Source: Escherichia phage A73. Taken from it: a stretch of 64,000 nucleotides of DNA. This document shows, in pieces, positions 1-10,000 of this stretch. The stretch lies in sequence record OP778609, one strand, 5' to 3'. The first letter of the stretch is position 1. Each line of letters begins with the position of its first letter. The position numbers were made by a program, and so were the translations under genes. The notes below the pieces were generated by a model, which was given only the letters and a program-made list of their open reading frames with translations, did not search any database and was not told the origin of the DNA.

Positions 1-1488
1 ATGTCTGCTACATTCGCACCAGCGAGTCGAAAGCAACAAATGGTTCTCGAATCTGACGCACAAATAATGGTTATCGGTGGTGCAGCGGGATCAGGTAAGT
101 CCTACCTGCTCCAGTTGATGCCTTTGTTGATTGTAAACGACCCCAGAACAGCATGTATCATGTTCCGTCGTACCGTCCCTCAGATTCGTGGACAAGGTGG
201 TTTGTTCGACAAAGCTAAGGATATTTACAACCAACTACCTCCGGTAGTTAAGCCTAAGTTTAAAGAAAATGAAATGACTGCAACATTTCCTAACGGGGCT
301 ACCGTTAAATGGCAGTCTATGCAACACGTAAGCGATAAATTCGATATTCAGGGATTGGAGTTTACCTTTATCGGAGTTGACGAAGGAACACAGTTCGAAT
401 GGGAACAGTTGGAATATATGATGTCCCGTTTGCGTTCAAACTCAAAATACCCTTCCCGTATGGTAATAAGTTGCAACCCTGATCCTGATCATTACCTTCG
501 TAAGATGGTTGACTGGTATCTCGATAAGGATGGCTATCCTAATCCTGAAAAAGACGGAGTTATTCGTTATTTTGTCCGTGTTGATGACCAGTACATGTGG
601 GGCGAGTCAATAGAGGAGTTGAAGAAACGTTATGGTAAGAAATGTAAGCCAGTATCGTTCACATTCATATCTTCCACTATTTATGACAACCCGCCGATGC
701 TTATCAACAACCCCGAATACCTTGCCCAGTTGGAAGGTCTTAACGAGGTTGACCGTGCACGACTTCTTCATGGTAACTGGGATGCTCGTCCGCAGGGTGC
801 AAACTATTTTAAACGTTCTTTCCTCAAAAATGTAGATCATCTCCCGCTTAATTGCGACAAGGTTAGATCTTACGATAAAGCAGGTACAGAGCGTTCCACA
901 GGTAACAAAACACCTGACTTCACGGCAGGTATAGGTGTAGCGCGAGATCAGGATGGGTTCTACTACCTGTTCGGTGATTATTGTGATGAATTCGTTGATA
1001 CTGGCGATTGGTCCACTGGACAAGCCGGACGCTTCTGCAAAAAAGCAGGTGAGCGTGACAAGATTATTCTTAAACAGGCAATACATGACGGAGATGACGT
1101 TAGGATCATCTTCCCTGTTGACCCTGGTCAAGCAGGTCTATCCGAATTTACTACATCTTCTCGTGAGTTATTAAGTAAAGGGTTCATGGTTGAGAAAGAT
1201 CCAACACCAGGTAACAAGAAGAAGCTTGTACGCTTCTCTCCGTTTGCTAACTTAGCACAGAACGGATTTGTACGGATTGTTGAGAAATCTTTTCCTATGG
1301 ACACATTAGAAGCTTTATTGAAGGAACTTGAATCTTTCGACGGTGAGAGGTCAACTGGATCACGTAAGGACGACTGGGTGGATGCCATCTCTTCGGGTAT
1401 TAACTATCTGGAGAAAACAGAAATTGTCCGTGCTGTTCCAATACCACGACCTCACGCCCCTACGATGTATTCCAGGTATAGACGATAA
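1..1488 (+). CDS. terL: Terminase large subunit
   Basis: 495-aa ORF; Walker A GGAAGSGKS near N-terminus, Walker B-like VDEGTQF, C-terminal nuclease-like region; first gene of the structural block. ATG sits at window position 1, so the true N-terminus could lie upstream. Confidence 0.85.
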   Translation: MSATFAPASRKQQMVLESDAQIMVIGGAAGSGKSYLLQLMPLLIVNDPRTACIMFRRTVPQIRGQGGLFDKAKDIYNQLPPVVKPKFKENEMTATFPNGATVKWQSMQHVSDKFDIQGLEFTFIGVDEGTQFEWEQLEYMMSRLRSNSKYPSRMVISCNPDPDHYLRKMVDWYLDKDGYPNPEKDGVIRYFVRVDDQYMWGESIEELKKRYGKKCKPVSFTFISSTIYDNPPMLINNPEYLAQLEGLNEVDRARLLHGNWDARPQGANYFKRSFLKNVDHLPLNCDKVRSYDKAGTERSTGNKTPDFTAGIGVARDQDGFYYLFGDYCDEFVDTGDWSTGQAGRFCKKAGERDKIILKQAIHDGDDVRIIFPVDPGQAGLSEFTTSSRELLSKGFMVEKDPTPGNKKKLVRFSPFANLAQNGFVRIVEKSFPMDTLEALLKELESFDGERSTGSRKDDWVDAISSGINYLEKTEIVRAVPIPRPHAPTMYSRYRR

Positions 1489-1503
1489 CTGAGGGGAATT
1501 ATT

Positions 1504-3036
1504 TTGAAGAAGAAGAATAAAGGTCGCAACACACAGGTTCGTAAAGCGACGAGCGAAGAATTAAACGTTGCTCGTTTACGAATGAGTGAGCAAGGTACTT
1601 TTGCTTTAGCTAAGGTTCAGGTGGAAACTGAACGTATGAAAGCTGAAGAAATTAAATGGCCTCAATTGATCGGTACGGTTGAAGCTATGAAACAAGATGC
1701 TACGGTAGCGACTGGTCTTGATATGCTTTACACTTTCGTAGAGAAAGCATTCAAGGACTTCAAAGTAATCCCTGGCAAATCTAAAGAGTCTCAAGACGCA
1801 GCAGAGTTCATTACCTTCTGCCTTCGTAACATGGAAGGTCAAACCCTGCGTCAATTTGCCCGTGACGCTGCCACATTTAACGAATACGGCATCTCTGTAG
1901 TTGAGAAGGTATATACTCAGATCCAGACTGGTGAATATGCAGGACGATTTAAGATTAAAAACCTTGCATTCCGTCCACAGGCTTCTCTGAGTCGTAAAAA
2001 CCCTCTCGTGTACAGCGATGATGGTTCTCGTGTTGTAGGTGTTAAGCAATCCCTTGATTCTTTCAAGAACTACACTGCCAGTCCTCTTGGCGCTTCTATT
2101 AGTGGCCTTATCGGCTCTCGTAAAGGCAATGACGTTGTAATCCCAGCAAACAAGCTGATGATCATGACTACTGGTGGTTCTTCTTCTCAAGCACTCGGCG
2201 TTTCCCCGTTGGTTGCTTGTTACCGACCTTGGCGTGAAAAGGTTCTTATTGAGAACCTCGAAGTTGTTGGTGCTACGAAAGACATGGGCGGCGTTATCGA
2301 ACTGAAGATTCCTTCTGCCATCCTTAACAAAGCTGCCATCGATCCTTCCAGCTACGAAGCAGAAATGGTTCAGGGTTTGATGATGGATGCTGCAAACGCC
2401 CACTCCGGTGAGCAATCTTTCTTTATGCTACCATCTGACGTTAAAGACAACTCACCTTTGTACTCAATGTCTCTGAAAGGCATTGATGGTATGGGTAAAC
2501 AGTACAGTACTCGTGACCTGATCAGTGATCGTAAAAAATCAATCCTTGATCGTCTGGGTGCGGGATTCCTGAACGTAGGTAATGATGCTTCTGGTTCATA
2601 CAACCTGTCGGAATCAAAACAAACTATCCATACTCAATTTGTACAACGTGTTAATGAAATTATCGCTGAAGCACTGAATGAAAACCTGCTCCCTCAGCTT
2701 CTGGCTCTGAACGGTATTCGTCTGGCAGAAAAAGAAATGCCATTCGTTAAATTTGGTCAGATCGTTGATACAGACATGGAAGGTTTCTCTAAAGCGGTTC
2801 AGCGTATGGGTGCTGTCGGCTACTTGCCTAAGACACCGGAAGTTATTAATCGCATTCTTGATGTTCTTGGAATCGATTATCAAGTTGGTGAAGATATTTC
2901 GCAAGAAGAACTTATGCTTCTCCTTGGAGATAATACCAGTCGTTCTGGCGATGGCTTTGCACAGGGGACTTCTGGAAACGGGACTGCAAAGATTAGCGGA
3001 ACAAGAGATAATTCAGTTTCTAATTTAGAAAATTGA
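1504..3036 (+). CDS. Portal protein (putative)
   Basis: 510-aa ORF directly after terminase. TTG start at 1504 behind GAGGGGA; alternative in-frame ATG at 1582. Assigned by size and position, no motif confirmed. Confidence 0.6.
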   Translation: MKKKNKGRNTQVRKATSEELNVARLRMSEQGTFALAKVQVETERMKAEEIKWPQLIGTVEAMKQDATVATGLDMLYTFVEKAFKDFKVIPGKSKESQDAAEFITFCLRNMEGQTLRQFARDAATFNEYGISVVEKVYTQIQTGEYAGRFKIKNLAFRPQASLSRKNPLVYSDDGSRVVGVKQSLDSFKNYTASPLGASISGLIGSRKGNDVVIPANKLMIMTTGGSSSQALGVSPLVACYRPWREKVLIENLEVVGATKDMGGVIELKIPSAILNKAAIDPSSYEAEMVQGLMMDAANAHSGEQSFFMLPSDVKDNSPLYSMSLKGIDGMGKQYSTRDLISDRKKSILDRLGAGFLNVGNDASGSYNLSESKQTIHTQFVQRVNEIIAEALNENLLPQLLALNGIRLAEKEMPFVKFGQIVDTDMEGFSKAVQRMGAVGYLPKTPEVINRILDVLGIDYQVGEDISQEELMLLLGDNTSRSGDGFAQGTSGNGTAKISGTRDNSVSNLEN

Positions 3037-3102
3037 TCTTTGATTTAAATCAGACTCTTGCAAAACGAATCGTTCAGTGTTAAAATAAATATCACGGGAG
3101 CA

Positions 3103-3675
3103 ATGATGGAAAACATTACTATCTCCGACCTTCCTTCACAAACCTATCTGTCCCGAATCCAAAAGGGACGGGCTGTGAAAAAGGCCAATGAGCTACTTAA
3201 ACAGGGCTTCAATAAAGAGGCTTCTATTTCTGGAGCCATTGGCTCCGTTCTTGTCCAAAAAGCTGCACAGAAAGAAGAGATGATTTCTTACGAGATCATT
3301 TACGAACCTGATACGCCGGATGCTCATGGACAATGGATGAGCAAAGAGACACTAGTTAAAGCACAACAAGATTTCAAGAAAGCTCAAGAAATCGGTGCGG
3401 TAACTGAGAACTTGTACCACTTGGTTGATACCGAAGCATTCAAGATCGTAGATCATTGGATTCAGCCAGAAATTGATGTAACTGTCACACAAACAGGAGA
3501 AATCATAAAAGCAGGATCATGGGTAGCAAAGGTTCAATATTCACCTGAAGCATGGGAGTTAAAGAAAGCTGGCATCGTCGGTGGATTATCTCTTCAGTGC
3601 GGTGGTATGTTGAATGAGGAAACAAATGAGCTATCCGATCTTGATTTCAGTATCGAATTGGAAGAGGAAGAATAA
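3103..3675 (+). CDS. Head morphogenesis protein, possible prohead protease
   Basis: ORF track gives 3058 (TTG); in-frame ATG at 3103 follows a GGGAG RBS. Sits between portal and scaffold; function from position only. Confidence 0.35.
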   Translation: MMENITISDLPSQTYLSRIQKGRAVKKANELLKQGFNKEASISGAIGSVLVQKAAQKEEMISYEIIYEPDTPDAHGQWMSKETLVKAQQDFKKAQEIGAVTENLYHLVDTEAFKIVDHWIQPEIDVTVTQTGEIIKAGSWVAKVQYSPEAWELKKAGIVGGLSLQCGGMLNEETNELSDLDFSIELEEEE

Positions 3676-4769
3676 TGATTAAGACCCTTATAGAGAAAGG
3701 TCGCCAGATTAAATCTCGCGGAATTGCTCTAACTCACCGAGATCAAGGCTACAGTGCGAATAACCGCCACGTAAGCCTCCTCACTAAATCTGACATTGAC
3801 CCTAGCAAACTTACGGTTGATGTTATCAAAGCCCTTGAGCAAGTTCAAGTAACTATCAGTATGGAAGAGTTTTTACGTCGCTTCTTCCACATGTATTATG
3901 ATGATGCTGAGTTACTTACTAAGCTGCTGGGCTTCACAACTACCTTCGAAGACGAATATGCTGATAAAGATCCTGAAGACTTGGATTCTTATACGGCTGA
4001 TTACATCCGTCGTCATCAAGAATATCTCGATGAGAAGCTTGAAACAATCACTATCATCAAGAAAGCAAAAGAAGGTGCTGACCTTTCTCTCGTTGAACGC
4101 TTCGAGTTAATTAAGACTCGCAAGCAGTTTGAAGACGGATGTAAAGAATTGGGCCTTGACTTTGGTGACAATTCAGAATTATGCAAACCAGAAACTGGTG
4201 AAGTAGTTAAATCAGCTACTAAACCTGAACCTGTAAGCTCCGCTGGAGCGACCACAACCATCAAGGAGACTCCTGTGGAAAAAGAAGTAGATGTAACCAA
4301 GTCCCAACAATTCATTGATCTGATGAAAGCTAATGAAGCGTTGATGGCTCAGGTTGAAGGTATGAAAGAAACCTTCACCGCTGCTCAAGAAATCGTTAAA
4401 GCTCAGGCTGTTGCAAAACGTGAAGTTGCCTTGAACAAAGCTGCAAGTTTTGGTTTTGTTGCTGATGACCAACGTGAAGCTGTTGCTGACCTGATCGAAG
4501 ACCCAGCTAAAGCATCTGTTGTTGCTGTGCTGGAAAAAGCTGCTGCTGCTCTTAAAGAGAAAGACGAAGCTCTCGTCGCTAAAGATGCAGAAATCGAAGA
4601 GATCAAAAAATCCTTCGCTGACGGCAAAGAAGTAGGTGCTGATGGTCAACTGACTGAAGTTGCTAAAGGCTCTGAAGACGCTCAGGCTCGTTTGAACCGA
4701 GTAATCGCAGAACGTGCAGCAGAGATCGCTAAGGCTGCTAACGGCAATGCTGAATTTATTAACGCCTAA
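3675..4769 (+). CDS. Scaffolding protein (putative)
   Basis: 364 aa; start overlaps upstream stop (TAATG). C-terminal half is Ala/Glu/Lys-rich with coiled-coil character; lies just upstream of decoration and capsid genes. Confidence 0.5.
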   Translation: MIKTLIEKGRQIKSRGIALTHRDQGYSANNRHVSLLTKSDIDPSKLTVDVIKALEQVQVTISMEEFLRRFFHMYYDDAELLTKLLGFTTTFEDEYADKDPEDLDSYTADYIRRHQEYLDEKLETITIIKKAKEGADLSLVERFELIKTRKQFEDGCKELGLDFGDNSELCKPETGEVVKSATKPEPVSSAGATTTIKETPVEKEVDVTKSQQFIDLMKANEALMAQVEGMKETFTAAQEIVKAQAVAKREVALNKAASFGFVADDQREAVADLIEDPAKASVVAVLEKAAAALKEKDEALVAKDAEIEEIKKSFADGKEVGADGQLTEVAKGSEDAQARLNRVIAERAAEIAKAANGNAEFINA

Positions 4770-4789
4770 TTATTGAGGAAACGAATAGA

Positions 4790-5221
4790 ATGGCTAAAGC
4801 ACATGTTGTAACTCTCGAAGGTAACTACTCTGATATCGTACTGGGCCGTGTTGTTGCATTTGGTGACACTGGTTGGAACTTTGAAGAAGTAGAAATGGAT
4901 TATACTGCTGATCTGGTCGCAGGTCTGCTGGTTAAAGCTGATGGTACTCCGGCTGCTGTTGCAGACGCTGCTGACGTTTACGGTGTTCTGGTTGACCGTA
5001 AAGTTCTGCCTGGTGTTACCAAGCATGACGGCGCTACCCCGATGGCTGGTGAGAAGCTTCCTATGACTATCGCTGTTCGTGGTCTGACCCTGAACGCAAC
5101 CAAACTGGTCTACGCTGACGGTACTGCAATTGACGCTGCTGGTAAACTGGCTCTGTCTAAAGCTGGAAACCAAGTGACTGACCGTGTAGTAGCTACCGAA
5201 TTCCTGGGCGCTGTCCTGTAA
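4790..5221 (+). CDS. Head decoration protein (lambda gpD-like, putative)
   Basis: 143-aa Ala/Gly/Val-rich protein immediately upstream of the major capsid gene, in the D-E arrangement. Confidence 0.5.
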   Translation: MAKAHVVTLEGNYSDIVLGRVVAFGDTGWNFEEVEMDYTADLVAGLLVKADGTPAAVADAADVYGVLVDRKVLPGVTKHDGATPMAGEKLPMTIAVRGLTLNATKLVYADGTAIDAAGKLALSKAGNQVTDRVVATEFLGAVL

Positions 5222-5244
5222 CTTTTTCGAAGGAGAATATTTAA

Positions 5245-6240
5245 ATGCATAATGGTGATTTTCAAATCCTGGATTACACTGGCCTGATCTCTACTCTGCC
5301 GCGTGTTGATACCCTGCTTCAAAGCATGAACCTGTTCACTGAGAACTTTGGTCGTACCACTATCGCTAAAATCGAACGTCGTGATGACGGTGCTGGTCAG
5401 ATCAATGCTGTACAGCGTGGTAGCGTTCGTCAGCACCTGGGTAATGATCGTAAAAAGATCGTCAACCTGAATATCCCGTTCTTCCCTCTGGACCGTTCCA
5501 TTGACCGTGCTGATATCCAGAACTTCCGTGAATTCGGTACTGAAAATGCTCCGGCAACTGTTGAAGCTGAAGTAGCTCGTCACCTGGCTCGTATCCGTCG
5601 TAGTCATGCGGTTCTGAAATCCAAGGCAATGTACGCTGCTCTGAAAGGTACTTCCTGGTCGCCAAATGATCCGGTTTGTGATTACGACTACTACGATGTT
5701 TGGGGTGTAACCCAGCAGACTGCTGATGTTGACTTCACCTCTCTGGCTGTTGACCCGATTGAAGTGCTGGAAGCTGAAGCTCGTGCACATATCATCGATT
5801 ACGCAGGTGATCAAGGCGACAACTACGAGATCGTTGTTATGGCATCCCGTCAGTGGTTCTCTGCTCTGATTTCTCACCCGCAGGTAACTGGTGCATACTC
5901 TCAGTATCCGTCTACTCAGGAAATCCTGCGTCGTCGTCTGGGCGGTAATGCTAATAACCGTATCTTCGAACACAAGAACATCCTGTTCATCGAAGACATT
6001 TCCGGTAACATCCCTGCTGGTGAAGCATACATCTTCCCTCGTGGTATCGATCGTATGTTCGAAATCTATTACGCGCCGAGCGACACTCTGGAAGGTGCTA
6101 ACCAAGTAGCTCAGGAACTGTATGTATTCTTCAAAGAATCTCAGTACCTGCGTGAAGCGAAGATCGAATCTGAAACTTCCTTCCTGACTGTTAACAACCG
6201 TCCTGAACTGGTAGTTAAGTCTGTTGGTAAGTTTGAGTAA
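5245..6240 (+). CDS. Major capsid protein (lambda gpE-like family)
   Basis: 331 aa; strong AAGGAG RBS; followed by a strong terminator. Contains AALKG...DPV-type segment recalled from E-family capsid proteins. Confidence 0.7.
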   Translation: MHNGDFQILDYTGLISTLPRVDTLLQSMNLFTENFGRTTIAKIERRDDGAGQINAVQRGSVRQHLGNDRKKIVNLNIPFFPLDRSIDRADIQNFREFGTENAPATVEAEVARHLARIRRSHAVLKSKAMYAALKGTSWSPNDPVCDYDYYDVWGVTQQTADVDFTSLAVDPIEVLEAEARAHIIDYAGDQGDNYEIVVMASRQWFSALISHPQVTGAYSQYPSTQEILRRRLGGNANNRIFEHKNILFIEDISGNIPAGEAYIFPRGIDRMFEIYYAPSDTLEGANQVAQELYVFFKESQYLREAKIESETSFLTVNNRPELVVKSVGKFE

Positions 6241-6255
6241 TCTTAATAACTAATT

Positions 6256-6287
6256 AAAGGTCACCTTCGGGTGGCCTTTTTTATTAT
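6256..6287 (+). terminator. Rho-independent terminator after capsid gene
   Basis: aaaGGTCACCttcgGGTGGCCtttttt: 7-bp stem with one G-U pair, UUCG loop, T-run. Confidence 0.7.
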
Positions 6288-6364
6288 GCCTGTACAATTT
6301 AACCAAAATAGTGTACCATTATAAGATAGGCTATTAATCTAATCAATGACGAAGGAGTTATTTA

Positions 6365-6949
6365 ATGTCTAAGCAAACTCACTTGGAAGTCTTTAAGAGT
6401 GAATATCACATGCTCAAGTTCTTTGGTGAATATCTTGAAAAACTTGATGTAAACACCTCTGCACGTTTAGGTGCATTCCTTTATAGTTACGACGGTAAAC
6501 TGGTTCTTGCTCGTGGACTTTACGATTTCCTAACCCAAATGGAAAAGATGACCGCTCTCGGCATCGATACTCTGGCTTCTGCACAAAAAGGTACAAGTTT
6601 CTTAGTGTTTTTCAAAGAGAAACCTAAAGACCCTTTAAAATTTCGATTAGATGTTAAGAAAATCGAGGCTGTTAAAGAAGCTATCGTTGCTGACACCCCG
6701 TCTAAGGTAATGGAAGAGTCTGTTCTTGTCAATACCAAAGTTGAAGAAGTAGAAGTAAAGGCAGAATCATCTGACCGTACTGAAGAAGAAAAAGCACAGA
6801 TCTTGACTAAAGCTGAAGAACTGCGTGATGACAGCAAAAAGGCTGCATCTAAGGCTGCATTGGAAGCTTTCGCTGTGGAATATGGTATTTCACTGAGCAA
6901 AGGCAAAACCTTTGATGGGATGCTTGAAGATTTAGCTGCTGCACTATAA
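6365..6949 (+). CDS. Hypothetical protein, acidic C-terminal half
   Basis: 194-aa ORF with GGAG RBS between capsid and collagen-like genes; no recognisable motif. Confidence 0.45.
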   Translation: MSKQTHLEVFKSEYHMLKFFGEYLEKLDVNTSARLGAFLYSYDGKLVLARGLYDFLTQMEKMTALGIDTLASAQKGTSFLVFFKEKPKDPLKFRLDVKKIEAVKEAIVADTPSKVMEESVLVNTKVEEVEVKAESSDRTEEEKAQILTKAEELRDDSKKAASKAALEAFAVEYGISLSKGKTFDGMLEDLAAAL

Positions 6950-7002
6950 TCCCACCTCATGCCCCTGTTCAGGGGCTTAAAATCCCTAGGAGAATTTTAT
7001 AA

Positions 7003-10000
7003 ATGGCTGAATATAATGATAAGGTCGTGGAAGCATTCGTTACTGCCCCAGATCCTGTCGTAACTACCACTGGTGGTGGAGTTATTTTTGACGGTATTGA
7101 AACAGAAGATACTGTATCAACCCTGCTGATTGGTGATGGTACTGCATCCTCCCCTTTACAAGCGCAAGTCAAACTTTCTCGCCGTGCTGGTAACGCCCTG
7201 ACTATCGTTCAATCCGATACCGAGCAAGGCTTGTTTGCTACTGCCGGAGATGCTAAAGTTTCAGCTTCTCAAGTGAACATTGCAAAATACGTAACTGCGG
7301 AAGAAGCTGCTGCACAAGGCGATGCAGGTCTGGAAGGTATTTTGGTAGAGCCTGTCCATGCGACCACCACCGCAGTTGGCGATGCCTTGGAAATTACCGC
7401 AGATCCTTTGACGGCTAAAAAATCCCGCATTTCCCTGAAAGTTTCCCCTTCCGCAACCAACGCGTTATCTGTAGAGTCAGATGGATTGGCAGTTAAAGTC
7501 TCTCCTGCCGTTGACAACAGCCTGCAAGTCCGTGAAGGTGCACTTTACGTAGCTCCTGTTGGTGCTGATATTTCTCAAGACCCAGGTAACAAACTGGAAC
7601 AGCGTTCAGATGGACTGTTCGTAGAAACCATCAAAGGCGACAAAGGTGATCAGGGCGAGCAAGGACCAGAAGGTCCTCAAGGCCCAGCAGGGGAAGCTGG
7701 ACCTGCTGGACCACAGGGTGAAAAAGGCGACAAAGGCGATCAAGGTGAAGTCGGCCCTGCTGGCGCAACTGGCCCTGCTGGCCTGACTGGTGCAACTGGT
7801 CCTCGTGGTATAGAAGGACCTCGTGGCCCTGCTGGTATTGGTATTAATATCCTAGACACCCTTGCATCTGAAGACCAATTACCTTCTGTTGTTGATCTTT
7901 CGAATGGGGATACCTATGTAATAGGACAGAGTTTCTTTACCGTTATCACTGAAGGTGGTATCAAACAATGGAGAAACGTAGGTAACTTCGCTGGACCTGA
8001 AGGTCTTTCTGCATTTGAAGTTGCTGAAACCGCAGGCTTTGTTGGAACAGTTGATGACTGGTTGGCTACCCTTCGTGGTGCTGATGGAATCGGTCTGCAA
8101 TTACTCGGTTCTTTCCAACGAATTGAAGACCTTCCGGCAGAAGAGAACAACCCAGGCGATGCCTACATCATTCAAGAAAAGATGTATGTTTGGACTGGTG
8201 ATACAGATGGCTGGCAACCTGTAGGACAGATCGGTCCTGAAGGTCGTTCTGCTTATCAGGTCTGGCTGGCTAACGGGAACGTAGGTTCTCAGCGTGAATT
8301 CCTTGAATCACTGAAAGGTGAGAAAGGTGATACTGGCGATCAGGGTCCTCAGGGTATCCCAGGTGCAGATGGTAAAAATGCTAACGCCATTAATATCTTA
8401 GGTTCCGTTGCAGATCAGGCGAGTTTGCCAGAAGGTGCAGATGCAGGTGATGCTTACCTGATCGGTACTAACGTATTCGTTTCTGATGGTGCTGGCAACT
8501 GGCAAGACTTGGGATCTTTCCAAGGTCCGCAAGGTCCTACTGGTGCTAAAGGCGACAAGGGGGACAAAGGGGACAAAGGTGACAAAGGCGATAAAGGTGA
8601 TGACAACTATGCCATCGCAGTTGCTAACGGTTTCCAAGGATCAGTAAATGAATACCTTGCATCTATCAAGGGTGAGAAAGGTGACGTTGGTGCAACTGGC
8701 CCTCGTGGATTAGCTGGTCCACAAGGTGAACAAGGTCCTGTTGGTGCGGGTCTGAATATCCTTGGCTCAGTAGCTTCCGAAGACCAATTGCCTCAGACTG
8801 GTATTAGTGAAGGTGATGCTTATCTGATTGAAGCTGATCTTTATATCTTTACTGGCGGTCAGTGGACTAACGTTGGTAACATCAAAGGTCCCCAAGGGGA
8901 TGTAGGACCACAAGGTCCACAAGGTCCTATTGGTCTGACTGGTGCACAAGGACCGCAGGGTGCAACAGGGGCACAAGGTCCTGCTGGTCCCCAAGGTGAG
9001 ACTGGTCCACAAGGTGGTATTGGTCCACAGGGCGAGACTGGCGAGAAAGGTGACAAGGGCGATAAGGGTGATAAGGGTGATACTGGAATTGGTATCGTTG
9101 CTCGTGGTATTGTTGCAACTCAAGAAGCACTTCCTGCCGATGCCACCACTGGTGACTTCTACGTTGTAGAGTCTGAAGGTAATGGTTATGCTTGGGACGG
9201 CACTGCATGGGTACTGACTGGTCTTACTCGTGGACCTCAGGGTCTGAAGGGCGACAAAGGCGACACTGGTGAGAAAGGAGACAAAGGAGACAAAGGCGAC
9301 GCAGGTGATGCACTGAAGCTGAAAGGTTTGGTTGCAACCTCCGCTGAACTTCCTTCTACTGCTGAATTAGGTGACTTCTACGTAGCTGAAGACACTGGAA
9401 TCGGTTACGCTTGGGATGGCGTGGAATTCGTTTCTGCCGGAACCGTTAGAGGACCGCAAGGTGAAGTAGGGCCTCAGGGTGAAATTGGCCCTCAAGGACC
9501 GCAAGGCGAGAAGGGAGATGCTGGCGACCAAGGACCTCAAGGATTGGTCGGTGAAACAGGTGCAAAAGGTGATAAAGGGGATAAGGGTGACGTTGGCTCT
9601 GGTCTGATTCCGAGAGGAACTTTACCGTCTCAAGCAGACCTTCCTCAAACTGGTGAAGTTGGTGACTTCTACGTAGCTAACGATACTGGTATTGGATATG
9701 CTTTTGACGGAACTACATTCGTAGAAGCTGGCGTTGCCCGTGGTCCACAGGGTGAACAAGGACCTCAGGGTGAACAGGGACCTCAAGGTCTTAAAGGGGA
9801 TACTGGTGAAACAGGTGCTCAGGGACCTCAAGGTGCTCAAGGTGAGAAAGGTGATACCGGAGAACGTGGAGAGGTAGGTCCGCAAGGTGATCAGGGACCG
9901 CAAGGTGAGCAAGGTCCTCAGGGTGATATCGGACCAGGTGTAGAGATCATTGGACGATTTGATACCTCTGATGAATTACCTTCCACGGGTACTTTGGGTC

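Noticed and set aside
607-1131. Antisense and shadow ORFs from the six-frame track embedded in well-supported genes (for example 607-1131 -, 1606-2415 -, 5110-6105 -, 11586-12074 -, 15547-16539 -, 52001-52492 +).
   Set aside because: They lie on the opposite strand or in another frame of genes with strong motif and RBS support, lack their own RBS, and have low-complexity translations typical of shadow frames.
1504-1506. TTG start codons proposed by the ORF track for the portal (1504) and the 3058 ORF.
   Set aside because: Not rejected outright for the portal, but in-frame ATG codons at 1582 and 3103 are plausible alternatives; the ATG at 3103 follows a GGGAG RBS and was preferred. N-termini remain uncertain.
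8548-8601. Short periodic repeats in the collagen-like genes considered as a possible CRISPR array.
   Set aside because: Units are 9 bp, in-frame and encode Gly-X-Y triplets; there is no repeat-spacer organisation and no cas gene.
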